In this document: positions 22,782 to 35,436 of the stretch, in pieces
Position numbering within the stretch: position 1 is the first letter of the stretch
How the letters are laid out: each line of letters begins with the position of its first letter
NCBI GenBank assembly: GCA_008632985.1
Contig: QPGO01000143.1
Span: 124,001-188,000, forward strand
Source: Psammoneis japonica
Lineage: Eukaryota
Length of the DNA: 64,000 nucleotides
Direction of reading: 5' to 3'
Made by a program: the position numbers and the translations under genes
Notes under the pieces: generated by a model
Database searches by the model: none
What the model saw: the letters and a program-made list of their open reading frames with translations, nothing else
What the model was told of the DNA's origin: nothing

Positions 22782-23562
22782 GTTGTTCGAGTTTCTTTGC
22801 ATTCGAAGTTCAAGATCTGTTGGCGGCTGTGTTGTGATTGGGGCTGGATGTTTTCATCTCGCAACTTCAACTGCTGATTGATCTAGTTGGTTTTTGTTGC
22901 AGTCGCAACACTCTTGCCAGCTTGGACTTTCGTCACGTGAAGAAGAAAATTTAATAATGAATAGATCAACCATGTATAAGCACACACTTAGTTTTTCAAC
23001 CAGCTCTGCATCAGTAGGAATAATTGTCTAGTTCTTGCGTCGTCGTCACCATCTAGCTAACCTCGAAAGCTCCTTTGCCATCACTACGAGAGCCGAGAGA
23101 ATTCATGGTTAGACTCTCTAGTCGCTGAAAACAACTTTGGGTCCTGGATCTTGGGCATTTGACTTCCTGATGACGTGGCAGAGGTGTCTACAGCCACACA
23201 AAGCTAGCTAGAAAAGATCCATGCCAATCCCATTGTGATGGGCATGCAATCACGCAACAACACGGCATGCAAACGGTGATGCAAAAACGAATCTTGACGC
23301 ATCAACTACCTTCCTTGCATCTTTTACAACCCGCAGCAGGTTGTGCAGCCATCAGTAGCGACTTCCTACGATAGAACAAGAGTGTACATTGCATATCGTT
23401 CTACTGGATCTTTTACTTTATCTGTATTAACTTAGCTTGCCGATATCTTGCTCTTTTGGTATCACTTGGACGGAATGTTCTGTTCCTAAAGCATGTGCAG
23501 TTTTCGTTCACAACCACAAGAACAGAACTCCTATTCGCATCCAAGGGGGGCCTTCCAACGCC

Positions 23563-24088
23563 TTACATGCTGTTGAGGTAGTTGGTGGAGGATCCAGGGT
23601 GCTGCCTTCCAACCTTGGGGAGGGGCTTGGCACTCTTGGGTCCACCAGCTGGAGCTGCGTATGAAGCAGGGGCAGCGGCCGCTGGAGCTGCGGCGGCCGG
23701 AGCAGCAGCAAAGTTGTCGTGTCCACGGGAAGCCATGTACTCCTCAAAGAGAGATCCACCAGCCGGGGCAGCAGGCTCGGGTGCTGGAGCAGGAGGGGCG
23801 TTTTCGGCAGCACGAGCGTTCATGTAGTCTTCGTAAGCACCGTTCATGGCAATGGACTTGCCGCTAAAGGCAGGTTGGGGGTTGAACGCAGAAGCGCTGG
23901 CAACAAGTGCCGACAAAAGAACGATCTTGGACTGTGATAGGTTTGAGAAAGAAAAGGAGAAACAATTGCGTGAGAAAAAGTGAACAATCAAAGGAGCCAT
24001 CAATAGCTTTCCCTTCTAGCAAACGGTTTCACGTGCATCGAGATCATCGTCACGAGTACCAAAGTGCCAATAAACTTACAGGAGCCAT
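23563..24088 (-). CDS. Small Ala/Pro-rich plastid-targeted protein; 2 exons (24088-24080, 23931-23563)
   Basis: Splicing GTAAG...CAG gives MAPSKIVLLSALVASASA-FNP (ASAF motif); repeats AYEDYMNAR / LFEEYMASR; ends NYLNSM. Confidence 0.75.
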
Positions 24089-24689
24089 TGTAGATATTGA
24101 TAGGAAAGGTTGATGGGTGATTGAAGCAACAGATTATGAGAGATGACAAGTACGTTCGTTGCGTTCACGATATTTTTGATGGGCGAGGAAAAACCCGCGA
24201 AAAGTGTCGATGACGTAGCAAGCGGCGAAAGATATTAACGGACACGGTGACGTATTTTGACATTTCAACTATATTCAATCATTAGGCACAATAAAAGAAT
24301 GCTTATATTCACATTTTTATAATATGATTGAAACACTCTTAGGTGACATCAGAGAAGATCGTCCAATCAGATTCCTTCAACAAAGTTGATGGATGCGAAG
24401 GATTTGACACAAAGAATGTAGTACAAAATCTCAGTGAAATTCTACACAAAGATTCTCTCGCTGAAAAATACGGACACAATGACGTCAACGGTACGTTCGC
24501 TACCACGAAACCACGTGTTATTAATTACTTCGTAACTGCATCTATTTAATGATTTTCTACACGTGGAGCGTCAAAACTCAGAAATGCAACGTCAGTGTCT
24601 CCGCAAAGAAGACACGTTGACGTCACCAATCTTGAGCACGAACGAAATGAACCCGTGTGGCATTAGAGTGTTCTTACTGACCCCGTGCG

Positions 24690-27600
24690 GGTCATGGGTC
24701 TCGGGTTCTGATCCTTTCGTCTTTCAACACTTGACTCAACCATGATTTGCCTGCCTGGTGCCGCAGCCGATCCACTCAAGCAGTGTGGGAGCATGGCTTT
24801 GATGCTTTGATGCGATGATGGGGCCGTGGGGTTCTCGTGTCATCTGCCAAGGTGAGAAACAACTTGGTGTCCAAGGCTTTTTTGCCATGAATGTTGCCAC
24901 AAATTGCCACACTTGTGGCTCACTAACAGAAACATGAGGGGTTGGTGGTCTCTCAACATGCGAGAGGAGCATTTCTTGTGCCAAGGAGAGAAAACAAGAG
25001 CAGCTTTTTCAGCCAGAGATGTGCCCCGGATGTGCGCTCCGCTCAATCAGCTGTTCAATGTTGATCAGAAAAATGGGTGTTTGTTGGATCCAGAGGAGTG
25101 AGTTGGCATTGCCGACATTTGGCTTGGCATTGCTCTCAGCTGCACATGCATTTTTTGAGCCACACCCACACAGTGCAGCTCAGATTTTGGCAGACTCAAG
25201 TGTTCTCATCTGTCAGCAACATGACACATGAGGAAAATCATTGCCCTGCTGACTTTTCTCCAATGTGCTTCCAATGAGTTGATGATTGCTCTGACAACAG
25301 TGCCAAATGAGCAACTTGATTCAACAATGTGGAGGAGCTCTGTTGGCATCACATGTTTTGTTTGAGCCCACCCGACACAGCTCTTGTTGTGCCATGCTTT
25401 GAAGGACATCATTGTCAGTTTGCTGGCAAGGAGTTGTTTTTGTTTTCTTTGACCAAGGCTGCACCACTTGGACTTGACAACACACCACCTGTGTTGGCAA
25501 ATGACTGCTCTGGGAAAGCTGGGACTCAACTCGTTGGTCGCGTGGATGCCAGTGGCTTTTGGCGCATCTTGCTGACACAGACATGCTCCTGTCATTGGAT
25601 GAGAAGCTCTTCACAGAGGTGGGTTGATGGTTTTCCACTGTTCACCAGAGCAACAGAGTGCAAAGCTGAAGCAGTGGGTTGACCCAGACACTGGCCAAAA
25701 GTGCGCAGCATCCCATGGGGCCGGGCGCTTGTCATCAAATGGTTTTGGAAGTGTGAGCTTGAGTTTGGCTTCACCTGGGACATTCACAGCAGCCCTTTCC
25801 TCCTTCCCAGCCATCACTGCTGATCTGGGCTCTTTGTTTTTTTTTACAAAACCTTGCTGCTCCTTCCACATGGCCAGCACAGTGATCTCGAAAGGGTCGC
25901 TGTCTCTGTCCTTGTTCCTTCTGTGAACAGTGCACTCAGCCAACATCTCCACAGCAACCCAGCATTTTTTTAAGGTGCTGCAATGCACAAACTCACCAGT
26001 TGATTTGAGACAGCCATGAGCAGGGCCATCAGGCCCATCACAGAACTCATGTGGAGCTGGCTTTCAGACTGACTTGCTTGACAGTCATGTGTCCATTGAA
26101 ATGTGCTTGAAGCGCCAACTTGCTTTCCACATTTGTGCAACAAACAGCAGGTTGCACAACAAGCTCTCATTCTTGACCTGCAGCAGGTTTGGAATCCTTG
26201 GCTTTTTGGTGACTTCCTTCTGCTTGTTGATGAGGTCAACTTTTTCATCCTCTGTGAGATCAATGTTGACATTCACAACTTCCATGAGAGCCAAGAATCT
26301 TCTCCATTGAGAGCCACAATAAATGGGAACAGCCTGGATGCAGAAAAACAATGATGTGGTGGGCCAAGCTTTGTGATCCATTTGCACACCAGAACCACCA
26401 GATCTGGACCCCTTCTTCAACTCACCCAATGCCCAGCACACAAACTCATGATGCTGTGGGCATCCACTGGACATGATGATGTGGTGCATGGATGCTGTGA
26501 CTTGATTGTGATGCTCATCGTGATGATGAGCTGATGTGATTTTTGTTGCCATGGCACAGCACAACCACATTTCACTTCTTTTCACAGAGCTCTGATTCCA
26601 CCTGAAAGTGTTGAATTTGCACGAGAGGCAGGGAGTCAATCTTCTTGCAGCCTCAATTGTTTGTGATTCACCCCTGAACCTGCAAGACAGTGCTTGATCT
26701 GCAGGTTTGCATGACTTCCCACAGATTGGGTGACATCAGGTGACACTGAAAAATTCTCATGGTGATGCGCAGTGATGTCCAATTTCAGGAAACCTGGAAA
26801 AAATGAGCCTGCACCGGGTCAGAAAGAACAATCTGTTGTGTCTGAGGAAAGGAAGAAGTCTGCAAAAAAAAAAGCAAAAGCAAAGAAAATTAAATGTGGT
26901 TTGTTGGCAGAAGTCTGCTCCACTGGTGAAAATGATGCATGGTTGTGAGATGTGAGGTTGTCCAAGATGCAATTTGAGAACTGCCACTCTCCTCAGTGCC
27001 AGGGCCCCAGTCAGAGTTCAAACACACAGTGGCACACACCTTTTGAGGGGCCTGCAGAGTTGAAAAATTGAACACAAACACCATTTTGAGTGCATGTTCA
27101 TGAGCCTCCTTTCTTCCCCACTCTTTTCACTGTGGTGCCAACAGAGCAGTGGTCTTTTCGACACCAGTGGTTTGACATGACCATGGCTGCTACAGCTGCT
27201 CAGCATTCATTGTCCATGCATTTTTGTTGAGCTGCTTTTGCTGCACTGCTTCAAACAGAAGTCACTTCTGCCTTTTGTGTGGCAAACACAAATGTTTTGG
27301 AATTTTGATTTTGCTCAGGTTTTTGTGTGGGGAATGTGTGTGAGTGAGCAGGTGTGTGCTGCAGACTCTGCTTTAAAAGGTGCAGCAGGCAGTCCAGCAA
27401 GCTGTGATCTTGTGACATTTCATCAACTTGGTTTGTCACAAATGAGCAACATTGTTGGCTCAAGTGAACACCATGATGACACATTTGGGGGCACACTGGG
27501 GAGTGCAACATGCCTCCATGAACCCCCGTTGCTGGGAGCTGATTGCCCAAGCTCCGCGGGCAGCCTCTGTGTGTGATGAACATTTTTGTTGGCTCTCAGC

Positions 27601-29500
27601 CACAATCAACAAGCACAAAATGTGCCTGGCCAGAGCACATTCTGCACATGCACACTTTTTGTTCTTTTCACAATCAACTGCATCACAAAACTTGCAACTT
27701 TGGCATGGCACAAGCTTGCCACAAAAAATCTGTTGTTGTTGACTGCCAAAGACCTTGCACTTTGATCATCAACCAGGCCCTGGAGAGCAAAAAAGGAAAA
27801 CAATGCAGCTGTGCACTCTCATCTCTGAGTCCACTTCAGAGATGTTGCACCTCCGCCCAGCAGCAATGCCAGCAACAGGCTGACCCACACTTTCATGGCA
27901 CTGGCAGCATGGCAAAAAAGCAATCCCCAGGGGCTGGCCTTTTGCACTCCAGTGCTGCCACGTGGTGCCTGCCCAATTGACTTTTTGCAACAATGTGGTG
28001 GGGGTGCCCCACAGTTGAAGCTCTTTCATTTTTAATGCCAGACTTGTGAACCCAGGAGCAATCAGCGTGGATCTCAAACACCCTCCTTGGCAGTTTCCAG
28101 CCATTTTGTCCACACATCTGGACATTTGTTAAAACAGCCGTCAAAAGCACAGCACAAGCTGGAGCCAATTTGTCTTGATGTGGCCCCAGACCCAGCACTC
28201 AAGCTTTTGTTGAGGCACCAGATTGGCTCTGAATTCCAAGCTGAGTGACAGGGATGATCAAACACAACAAACCTTGTTGATTTGAAAAAGAGTGACTCCA
28301 GTGCTGGCAAGAGTCTTGCTGTCATCTCTCTTTTCCTCAGCAGTCACATTTTTGGCTCTTGAAGCAGGGTCAACAACTGCAGAGTTGTTTTTGCCAGAGT
28401 CTTCTTGCTGTTGCAAATGCAAGTGATGCCACAGCAGCCACTCTCCAGCCCATGAGCTGGAGACAACAAAACAGCAGAAAGACACACACACCAAATGACT
28501 TTCCAAATGCTGGACCAGCACAATCTACCAAAAGCACTCTGCTGACAGTGGCCAGGTGTCCAACCAAAAGCACCTTTTGAAAAAATGATGGATCCATTGC
28601 TTGCTGAGTGATGCAGCTGGGTGCAAAAGATTTCTGCCATTTGTTGCACACTGGATGTCATGAAAAAGAGTCAGATTGTCAAATGGGATGGCTTTTGACA
28701 TTGTGAGAGAGCTTGAAGTTTGGTTTCAAAGCAGGCCCACCTCCCCATGTCATTGCACCCAAACAGCCCAACAGAAAGAATGGCCATTTGCCAGCATCAT
28801 TTCAATTGCCTGCATCTCCCACATGCCATCCGGAGCAAGCTCCAAAGACAAAAAATGCATTTGCCAAGCACAGCCACTCACCCCCTGGGCACACCTCCAC
28901 CAGTTGACCCAAACAGAAAGCAACCCTCCTTCTTTGCCAGCACTGGAGGCATTCAACATCAATGGACAACTTTTGAGACAGAGAAAAAACATCCATGTCC
29001 ACCACAGGTGCATGCTGAGAGCTCCAAAGCCACCAACCTCCCCACTGGTGACCTGCTGAAAAAAGTTGCCTCCAAAATGTGGCCACCCCAACAATGCACA
29101 AATGACGGGCACAGAGCTGCCAACTTCATGTCAAAAATGTGACAGTTTGGTGCACTGCACTGTTCTTGTTCCATCTCGTGCAAGAGTCAACAATGCTGAC
29201 TCTGTGTGGCACAACTGATGCACTTGTCAGTTTTCAATTGATTGGATGTGAATCCTTTGCTGGGGCAATCAACCACAGTCAATTTAAGCCTGTCCTGGTG
29301 AAATGATCACACAAGCTGCAAGGAGGTCAGCCTGTGTTTGGTGCTGCTGCAATGCCTCAAACAATGCAAAGAAAATGGAATGATGTGAATGGAGTCTGAA
29401 CGACCTAAATGATCCTTGTGTGGCCACGGTGTCTTGGATGTTGAAGTAAATGGCATGAAACAGCTTTGTCTGGCCACTGCATTGGTGATGTTGGGAAAGC
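24690..29500. repeat. Degenerate TpA- and CpG-depleted tract (unclassified old repeat or TE)
   Basis: Almost no TA and few CG over ~4.8 kb; dense short overlapping Cys/His-rich ORFs; no recognisable intact domain or termini. Confidence 0.7.
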
Positions 29501-29640
29501 ATGACGAGGTCAAACTCAAGCGAGCTTTCGAGAGCGCATGGATTAACCTAGAGTGCGTTTCAAGTTTCATGGGGCTACTATATACCTTTCCAGAGCAGAG
29601 AAATTGGCAAACTGAGGGAACTCATTTATGGTCATCTCTA

Positions 29641-30478
29641 TCACAATGATGTTGGCTCATCAGAAAAGTCCACTACAACCGAACGCATTTCACAATTAGC
29701 AAAATCCTGTCGCATGTAGGTTTCAAATTCGGCATCTGAATACCGAAAGACTGGAACATCCCGTCGTGGCTCATTGCGTGAATCCAGAGCTTGCGGCGGA
29801 GCATTCCGGACACCACCTTTATGGCCAAACCCAAAGATACACCGAAGAAACGCCCGGTGACTGCAAAGCACAACTTCTCTGTAATCTTTCTGCTGTTTGA
29901 GCCACGACAAGAAATTTCGCCCCCGATTGGCCACCACGTGCATTTCTCCGCTCTCTCGATGTGCGGAATACTCCGATCCCAACCGCTTGTCATAGGAATT
30001 CCAAATCTCATCCTGTTCGGGTACCAACGAAAAATCAACTTTGGAAAATCCTTGGCAACTTGAGAAGGACAACGACGCCTGTCGCAGCTATAATTGACAG
30101 TCTCGCGTATCAATTCATGTGCAACAATGCTCACAGAGCTGTCCGCCATTAATTGCGGGAAACAGTATTGTACCGTTTGCACACAACGCGTCAGTGGGCT
30201 CGTAACGACGAGCTGTGGCTTGTTGTGGTAGCCATCAACAGTACTAGTCTTTTCGCAAAAGTCGGCACACTGCTTCTTTCCTCTTGATGTAAGCTGAGCA
30301 TCAATGTTTGATACATCACGTAAATCGCTGCTGACGTTGTGGGAACCCTCAGCGTGGCGAATCACGTGCAACGTCACAAGGTGTCGCTTTTCTCTTGCTC
30401 GATTTTCTGTAAAATTGTGGCATCCGACAGTGGATACAAATCAAATGTAGGAAGAGTTTCGGTTGAAGAGTCACCCAT
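29641..30478 (-). CDS. Histidine phosphatase / phosphoglycerate mutase-family protein (frameshifted as assembled)
   Basis: IRHAEGSHN, SPLTRCVQT, CDRRR, VLCSH motifs over two or three frames (shifts near 30380 and 30070). Confidence 0.7.
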
Positions 30479-30877
30479 GAAAAACTCAGCCGCGCAAAGA
30501 GCGTGGCACTTTCAACAATAGAACGATCGTTGGATGACTGCAAACAACGAGGTGTATCATACCGGTAGGTAATGTGCACCAACAACTCAACATGCTTCGC
30601 CTTATCCCTCATCGTCGCTCATCGCTCATCGCTCATCGGCGTTTGTTGGATTGATCGTTGATAGACTATTGTACTGTACTGACACAAGAAAGGGCAATAG
30701 ACATTTGAGGTGTCATTCCCGCCACTGCTCCCGCCATCGTCCACGCGGGAACGAACCGAACCGATAAGAAAACGAGTTTGGATTTTCAAATGGGCGCGAC
30801 CATCATCAGCACATTATTTGCGATAGCCATAGGCCGGAGCTACAGAGTCATCAAGAATACACCACCACTATTATATC

Positions 30878-33163
30878 ATGATTTCTTCGAGCGTATCCAA
30901 TGGTAGACAAAGGAGTCGTTTCGGCAACTCACAAATTATTTCGGACGGTTGGGAACTCACGGACGCTCACAAGAAAAATCGTCGATCAGGTTTCAGCGAC
31001 GTTGCGAGTGGAAAAAATGCTCTCGTCGTTAGAGTACACAACAACAACAACGAATCCTTGTATGCTCCACAAAAACAAAAGACAAAGAGAAAGCAATGGA
31101 GAATGCCAGTATTGAAAAATCTCGACGAAGTTTCAAGTGTGCTGGACGTATGCGAGGCGCACGGAGCAAGAATGAGCCCCAAAGACATTTCACTTTGCTT
31201 GAACCGTATCGCAACAATCACATCTCGCAACAAGCAAGAAAGAAAAAGGATTACAGCCAAAGCTCAAGTGCCACTGACACGCCTGATTTCCGTTTTGTTC
31301 AGAACATCAAACGCGTGGATGCCAGATCGCTTGCAATGGCTATTCACGCTCTCGCTAAACTGTCGAGTGTCTGCAGGTACAATATCGATCGAGAAGTATG
31401 GAAGAACTTGGAAGAGAGAACGATTGTTGTTCTGGACTCATTGTCCACAAGAGATATTTCCAATATTGTTTGGGCGTTTGCAAAAGTTCGGCATTCGTCG
31501 GCGGTATTATTTGACAAGGCTGCTCAAGCATCATTGTCAATTATTTGTGACTTCAACCCACAAGACCTTGCCAATGTGGCGTGGGCGTATGCAACTGTTG
31601 GACAATCTGCACCATTGCTTTTTGATGTCATAGCTGAATCATCAGCTTCAAAACTGGAGCGGTTTACTCCACAAGCAATATCCAACACGGCGTGGGCATT
31701 TGCGACTGTATCGCACTCTTCTCCACAACTCTTTGACGCAATCGCCAACGCATCTCAAAACCGATTGAGTGAATTCAAGCCACAAAATCTTTCAAACATG
31801 ATATGGGCGTTTGCCTCCATCGGTCATACGGAGCCAGCAACTTTTGATGCAGTCGCAAAAGCAGCTCTTCCAAGCATTAACAGCTTCAACCCACAAAACC
31901 TCGCAAACACGGCATGGGCATACGCAACCGCCAAGCACCCAGCTCCGTCACTTTTTGATGCTATCGCAAAGGCAGTACCCGCAAGGATAGACAGCTTTAG
32001 CGCACAAAATCTTGCAAATACGGCATGGGCATTTGCAAGTGCTGGACACTCGGCGAGATCACTTTTTGATGCCATGGCTACGGCAGCAGTACAAAGGATG
32101 AACACATTCTACCCGCAAGCAATTTCAAACATGGCATGGGCTTATGCTACCGCTGGACGCTCAACGCCGTTTCTTTTCAACTCTATTGCAAAAGCTGCAT
32201 TGCCGCAATTGGAACGATTCAATCCCCAAAGCCTGGCAAACACGGCATGGGCTTTTGCCACCATTGGACACCCACTACCGTTTCTTTTTGATGCCATGCA
32301 GAGGCAGCAATACCAAGATTGGAGAGTTTTACGGCTCAAAACTTGGAAAATACGGCGTGGGCTTTTGCTTCTGTTGGACACTCGGTGCCGTCACTCTTTG
32401 ATGTCATTGCTGAGGTAGCAATGTCACGATTGGACAGTTTTACTCCCAAAAGCCTTGCAATCACGGCATGGGCATATGCTACCATTGGACATCCAGCCCC
32501 GTTACTTTTTGACGAGATCATCAATGTGTCATTGTCGAGTTTGGGCGGCTTTGATTCTCAAAACCTCTCCAATATCCTCTGGGCGTACGCAGTCTCGGAT
32601 CAACTCTCTAAAAGTCTGCAAACGAGGTTGGTTCGAGCTTTATCAAAGCGTGCAATTCAAATGTTGACTCGTTCTCTACAGAACAATTGAGCCAACTCCA
32701 TCAGGTTTACTTGAATTGTCTCGAGCATGGTGAGAGTTCGTTGCAGCTTGATTGTGACCTGCAAAGGAGGTGTCGAGAATCATTTGTACAAATACAAGGA
32801 AATCCATCCCAGCTTCAAAAGGATGTCGCACAGACGCTTAAAGCTATTGGACTCGATCCAAAGCAAGAGGTTCGAACCAGCATTGGCTACAGCTTGGATG
32901 CAGTTGTTCGGTATCGCAATCAAGACATTGCCATTGAAGTGGATGGACCCAGCCACTTTCTTTCTAACCAATCACCGAATGGATCCACAATTATAAAACG
33001 TCGTCAGCTGTCGAGACTGGAAAGCTATCGTCTCCTCTCGGTGCCATACTGGGAATGGAAGACAGTTACACAAAAGGACTCGAAGCAAAAGTCGGGACGG
33101 GATTGGCGAAAACGATACCTCTTGGAGCGCCTAGATGGAGTAGTCAGTAATAGCTTGGCATAA
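30878..33163 (+). CDS. Helical-repeat (37-aa, HPR/OPR-like) protein with C-terminal RAP domain; three frameshifts as assembled
   Basis: About 10 repeats F.PQ.LAN.AWA.AT.....P.LFD.IA; RAP motif IAIEVDGPSHF...KRRQL...SVPYWEW. Confidence 0.8.
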
Positions 33164-33636
33164 GCTTAGGGAATTGATCATCTCAAGACCGAGTCCGCTT
33201 TGAAACATGTACGGTAGAGTCCTAAGAGACCGTTTCCCAGCATGCGCATAGCCATTTTTGGTCCATTTCAACAGTGCTTTTTCCACATGTACATGTTTTC
33301 GGGTAACGTGTTGCCTGGATGATGAACTAGCATTCCTATACCACACTCTAGTAGTAGTAGCATTGAGTTCATCTGTAGTAGCACATGGAGCTGCTTCCAA
33401 ATCAGCGCCACTGCTCATGTTGCTGCTTTTACTCACGTCATCGTCACTGTTTCGATGTTTTCGTCCCAATCTCTTATGTTCTGAATTGCGGCTTTCTTTG
33501 GTACACTAGGGTACCATTAAGGCGAAAGAAGTGGTAGACCAGCCACAAGAATAATCACCCAGCTATGAACTCTCTATTTTAAAGTAACTTGAAAAAATCA
33601 CAGTCTTGTGGATATTCTATCTCAATGCCACACCAC

Positions 33637-35436
33637 TCAAAAGATGTACAAGAGAATGGCAATTGGAAGAAGAGCGTAGCACGACCATTGTGTAAAATAC
33701 CTGAAACCGGTTGATGTAGGCGAGCTAGTGGGTAAAAAGGTTGGTTCCATTGTTGGTATGGAAGATGGTGAAACAGAAGGAGAAAAGCTCAGTGAGATGG
33801 TTGGATTGTTAGAAGGACGAATGGTTGGATTGTTAGAAGGACGAATGGTTGGATCGTGCGAAGGACGAGCACTTGGAAAGGTTGTCGGGACAATAGAAGG
33901 ACGAGCACTTGGCGAAACCGTCGGCACAAAGGACGGGCTTGTGCTCGGCAAATTGCTTGTGGGAAACGATGTGTTTGAAAAGACAAACATGGAAGGGCTC
34001 ATGGTGGTGTTTGATGATACGTACATGGAAGGGCTTAAACTCGGTGACGGCGTGGGAGCCGGAGTGGCGAGCACTGTCGGAATTTCATAGGTTTGCACCG
34101 GTTCCATAGGATCAAAAGGCAGCGGGCTTTGGCCTTCAAACGCATGATTTTGTGGTATAGTAACCTTGTATTGATCAATCAGATCCGTCATGGCAGCCAC
34201 AATCTCGGGATAGTCGTTGTACACGTTGGAAGTCTCTTGGCGATCCACGTCGATTTCATAGAGTTCGTTCTTCCACTGAAGCATTTTCCATTTGTCGTAC
34301 CGAACCGCAACTTTGTCAGAGAAGGGATCTTGATAAAAGGTTGGATTCTTTCTTGACCGATTGGATCCCAGCCATATATCACTAACATCTTCTCCTTCGA
34401 CAAGATCTTGCGAATAGTTTGCTCCGGCGAGTGAGCAAATGGTTGGGAGCCAGTCGAGTGACGAGAAAAAGGATTCTGTATTGACCTTGCCGGCAGGCAC
34501 TCGTCCCGGCCACCTTACGATAAATGGCACGGACGGTCCACCCTCGTACCAATTGTGCTTTCCACCACGAAGACCACCGGACCATCCGGCAGCATAGTCG
34601 TCGGGTTGATCATTGACCGCCGGGCCATTGTCACTGGAAAAGACCAATAGGGTGGTGTTTGCCAAGCCCAGCTCATCGAGCCGCGTCAATAACCTACCAA
34701 TGTGAATGTCCATACCATAAACCTCGGCTAGATAGTTTTGCATGGAAACGTCAATGTTTCCTCCCAGTCTCTCGATTGTATCAAAATTTTGTTGCATGTA
34801 GGGACCAAACAGACTGCGGTTGACGACGAGGCCGTTAAATTTTTCCTTCAAAATGGCTGCCGGTAAAATGGGCGAGTGTGGAACGTATTGCCATACATTG
34901 AGATAGAATGGTACATTTTGATTTTGTTCCACAAAATCAATCGCCAAGTCGTACCGATGCGCTTCCTTTCCTCGTGGGTCGTTTCGTCCATCGTGGGTAA
35001 TTCTCACATCCGTCATTCCATATTCCGGAAACGCAAAGCCGGTATCACTCCTGGCGGGTGTAGGATCCCCGATATTCCACTTGCCGATATGTCCGACTTG
35101 GTATCCCGCGTCTTGTAACAGCTGTGTGACCGTCATGGTACCCCGAAATCCAAAGTCGGGAGTGTAATTGGGAAACCACGAGGGATTGCGGCTCGTCATG
35201 AAACCCGCTCGGCTCGTGGGACAGATATTGCCTGTATTGTGAAATCCGTAAAACGCTGTTCCCTCTCTGGCCAGTCGATCGACATTGTCTGTAATGGCAT
35301 AGGGGTGACCGTACGACTTTAAATCACCAAACCCCAAGTCGTCGGCGTACATGAATATAAAATTTGGGCGGGCATGGACGACTGTAACGGAGAAAAGGCT
35401 TACAAGCAGGAGAGCAGCTGCAGCAATTGCATTCAT
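33637..35436 (-). CDS. Secreted or GPI-anchored arylsulfatase with PT-rich stalk
   Basis: Signal peptide, PNFIFMYADDLG, CPTSR active site, GKWN, SDNG, LRGGK..YEGG; C-terminal PS/PT repeats and hydrophobic tail. Confidence 0.9.
   Translation of the reverse strand: MNAIAAAALLLVSLFSVTVVHARPNFIFMYADDLGFGDLKSYGHPYAITDNVDRLAREGTAFYGFHNTGNICPTSRAGFMTSRNPSWFPNYTPDFGFRGTMTVTQLLQDAGYQVGHIGKWNIGDPTPARSDTGFAFPEYGMTDVRITHDGRNDPRGKEAHRYDLAIDFVEQNQNVPFYLNVWQYVPHSPILPAAILKEKFNGLVVNRSLFGPYMQQNFDTIERLGGNIDVSMQNYLAEVYGMDIHIGRLLTRLDELGLANTTLLVFSSDNGPAVNDQPDDYAAGWSGGLRGGKHNWYEGGPSVPFIVRWPGRVPAGKVNTESFFSSLDWLPTICSLAGANYSQDLVEGEDVSDIWLGSNRSRKNPTFYQDPFSDKVAVRYDKWKMLQWKNELYEIDVDRQETSNVYNDYPEIVAAMTDLIDQYKVTIPQNHAFEGQSPLPFDPMEPVQTYEIPTVLATPAPTPSPSLSPSMYVSSNTTMSPSMFVFSNTSFPTSNLPSTSPSFVPTVSPSARPSIVPTTFPSARPSHDPTIRPSNNPTIRPSNNPTISLSFSPSVSPSSIPTMEPTFLPTSSPTSTGFRYFTQWSCYALLPIAILLYIF

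Noticed and set aside
21675..22802. 375-aa antisense ORF over FBA
   Set aside because: Shadow of strong codon bias in a highly expressed gene.
31550..32600. Regular 111-bp repeats resembling an array
   Set aside because: Coding helical repeats of the RAP protein; no CRISPR repeat-spacer structure or cas genes.
33790..33915. 24-bp tandem repeats
   Set aside because: Ordinary PT/PS stalk of the sulfatase.
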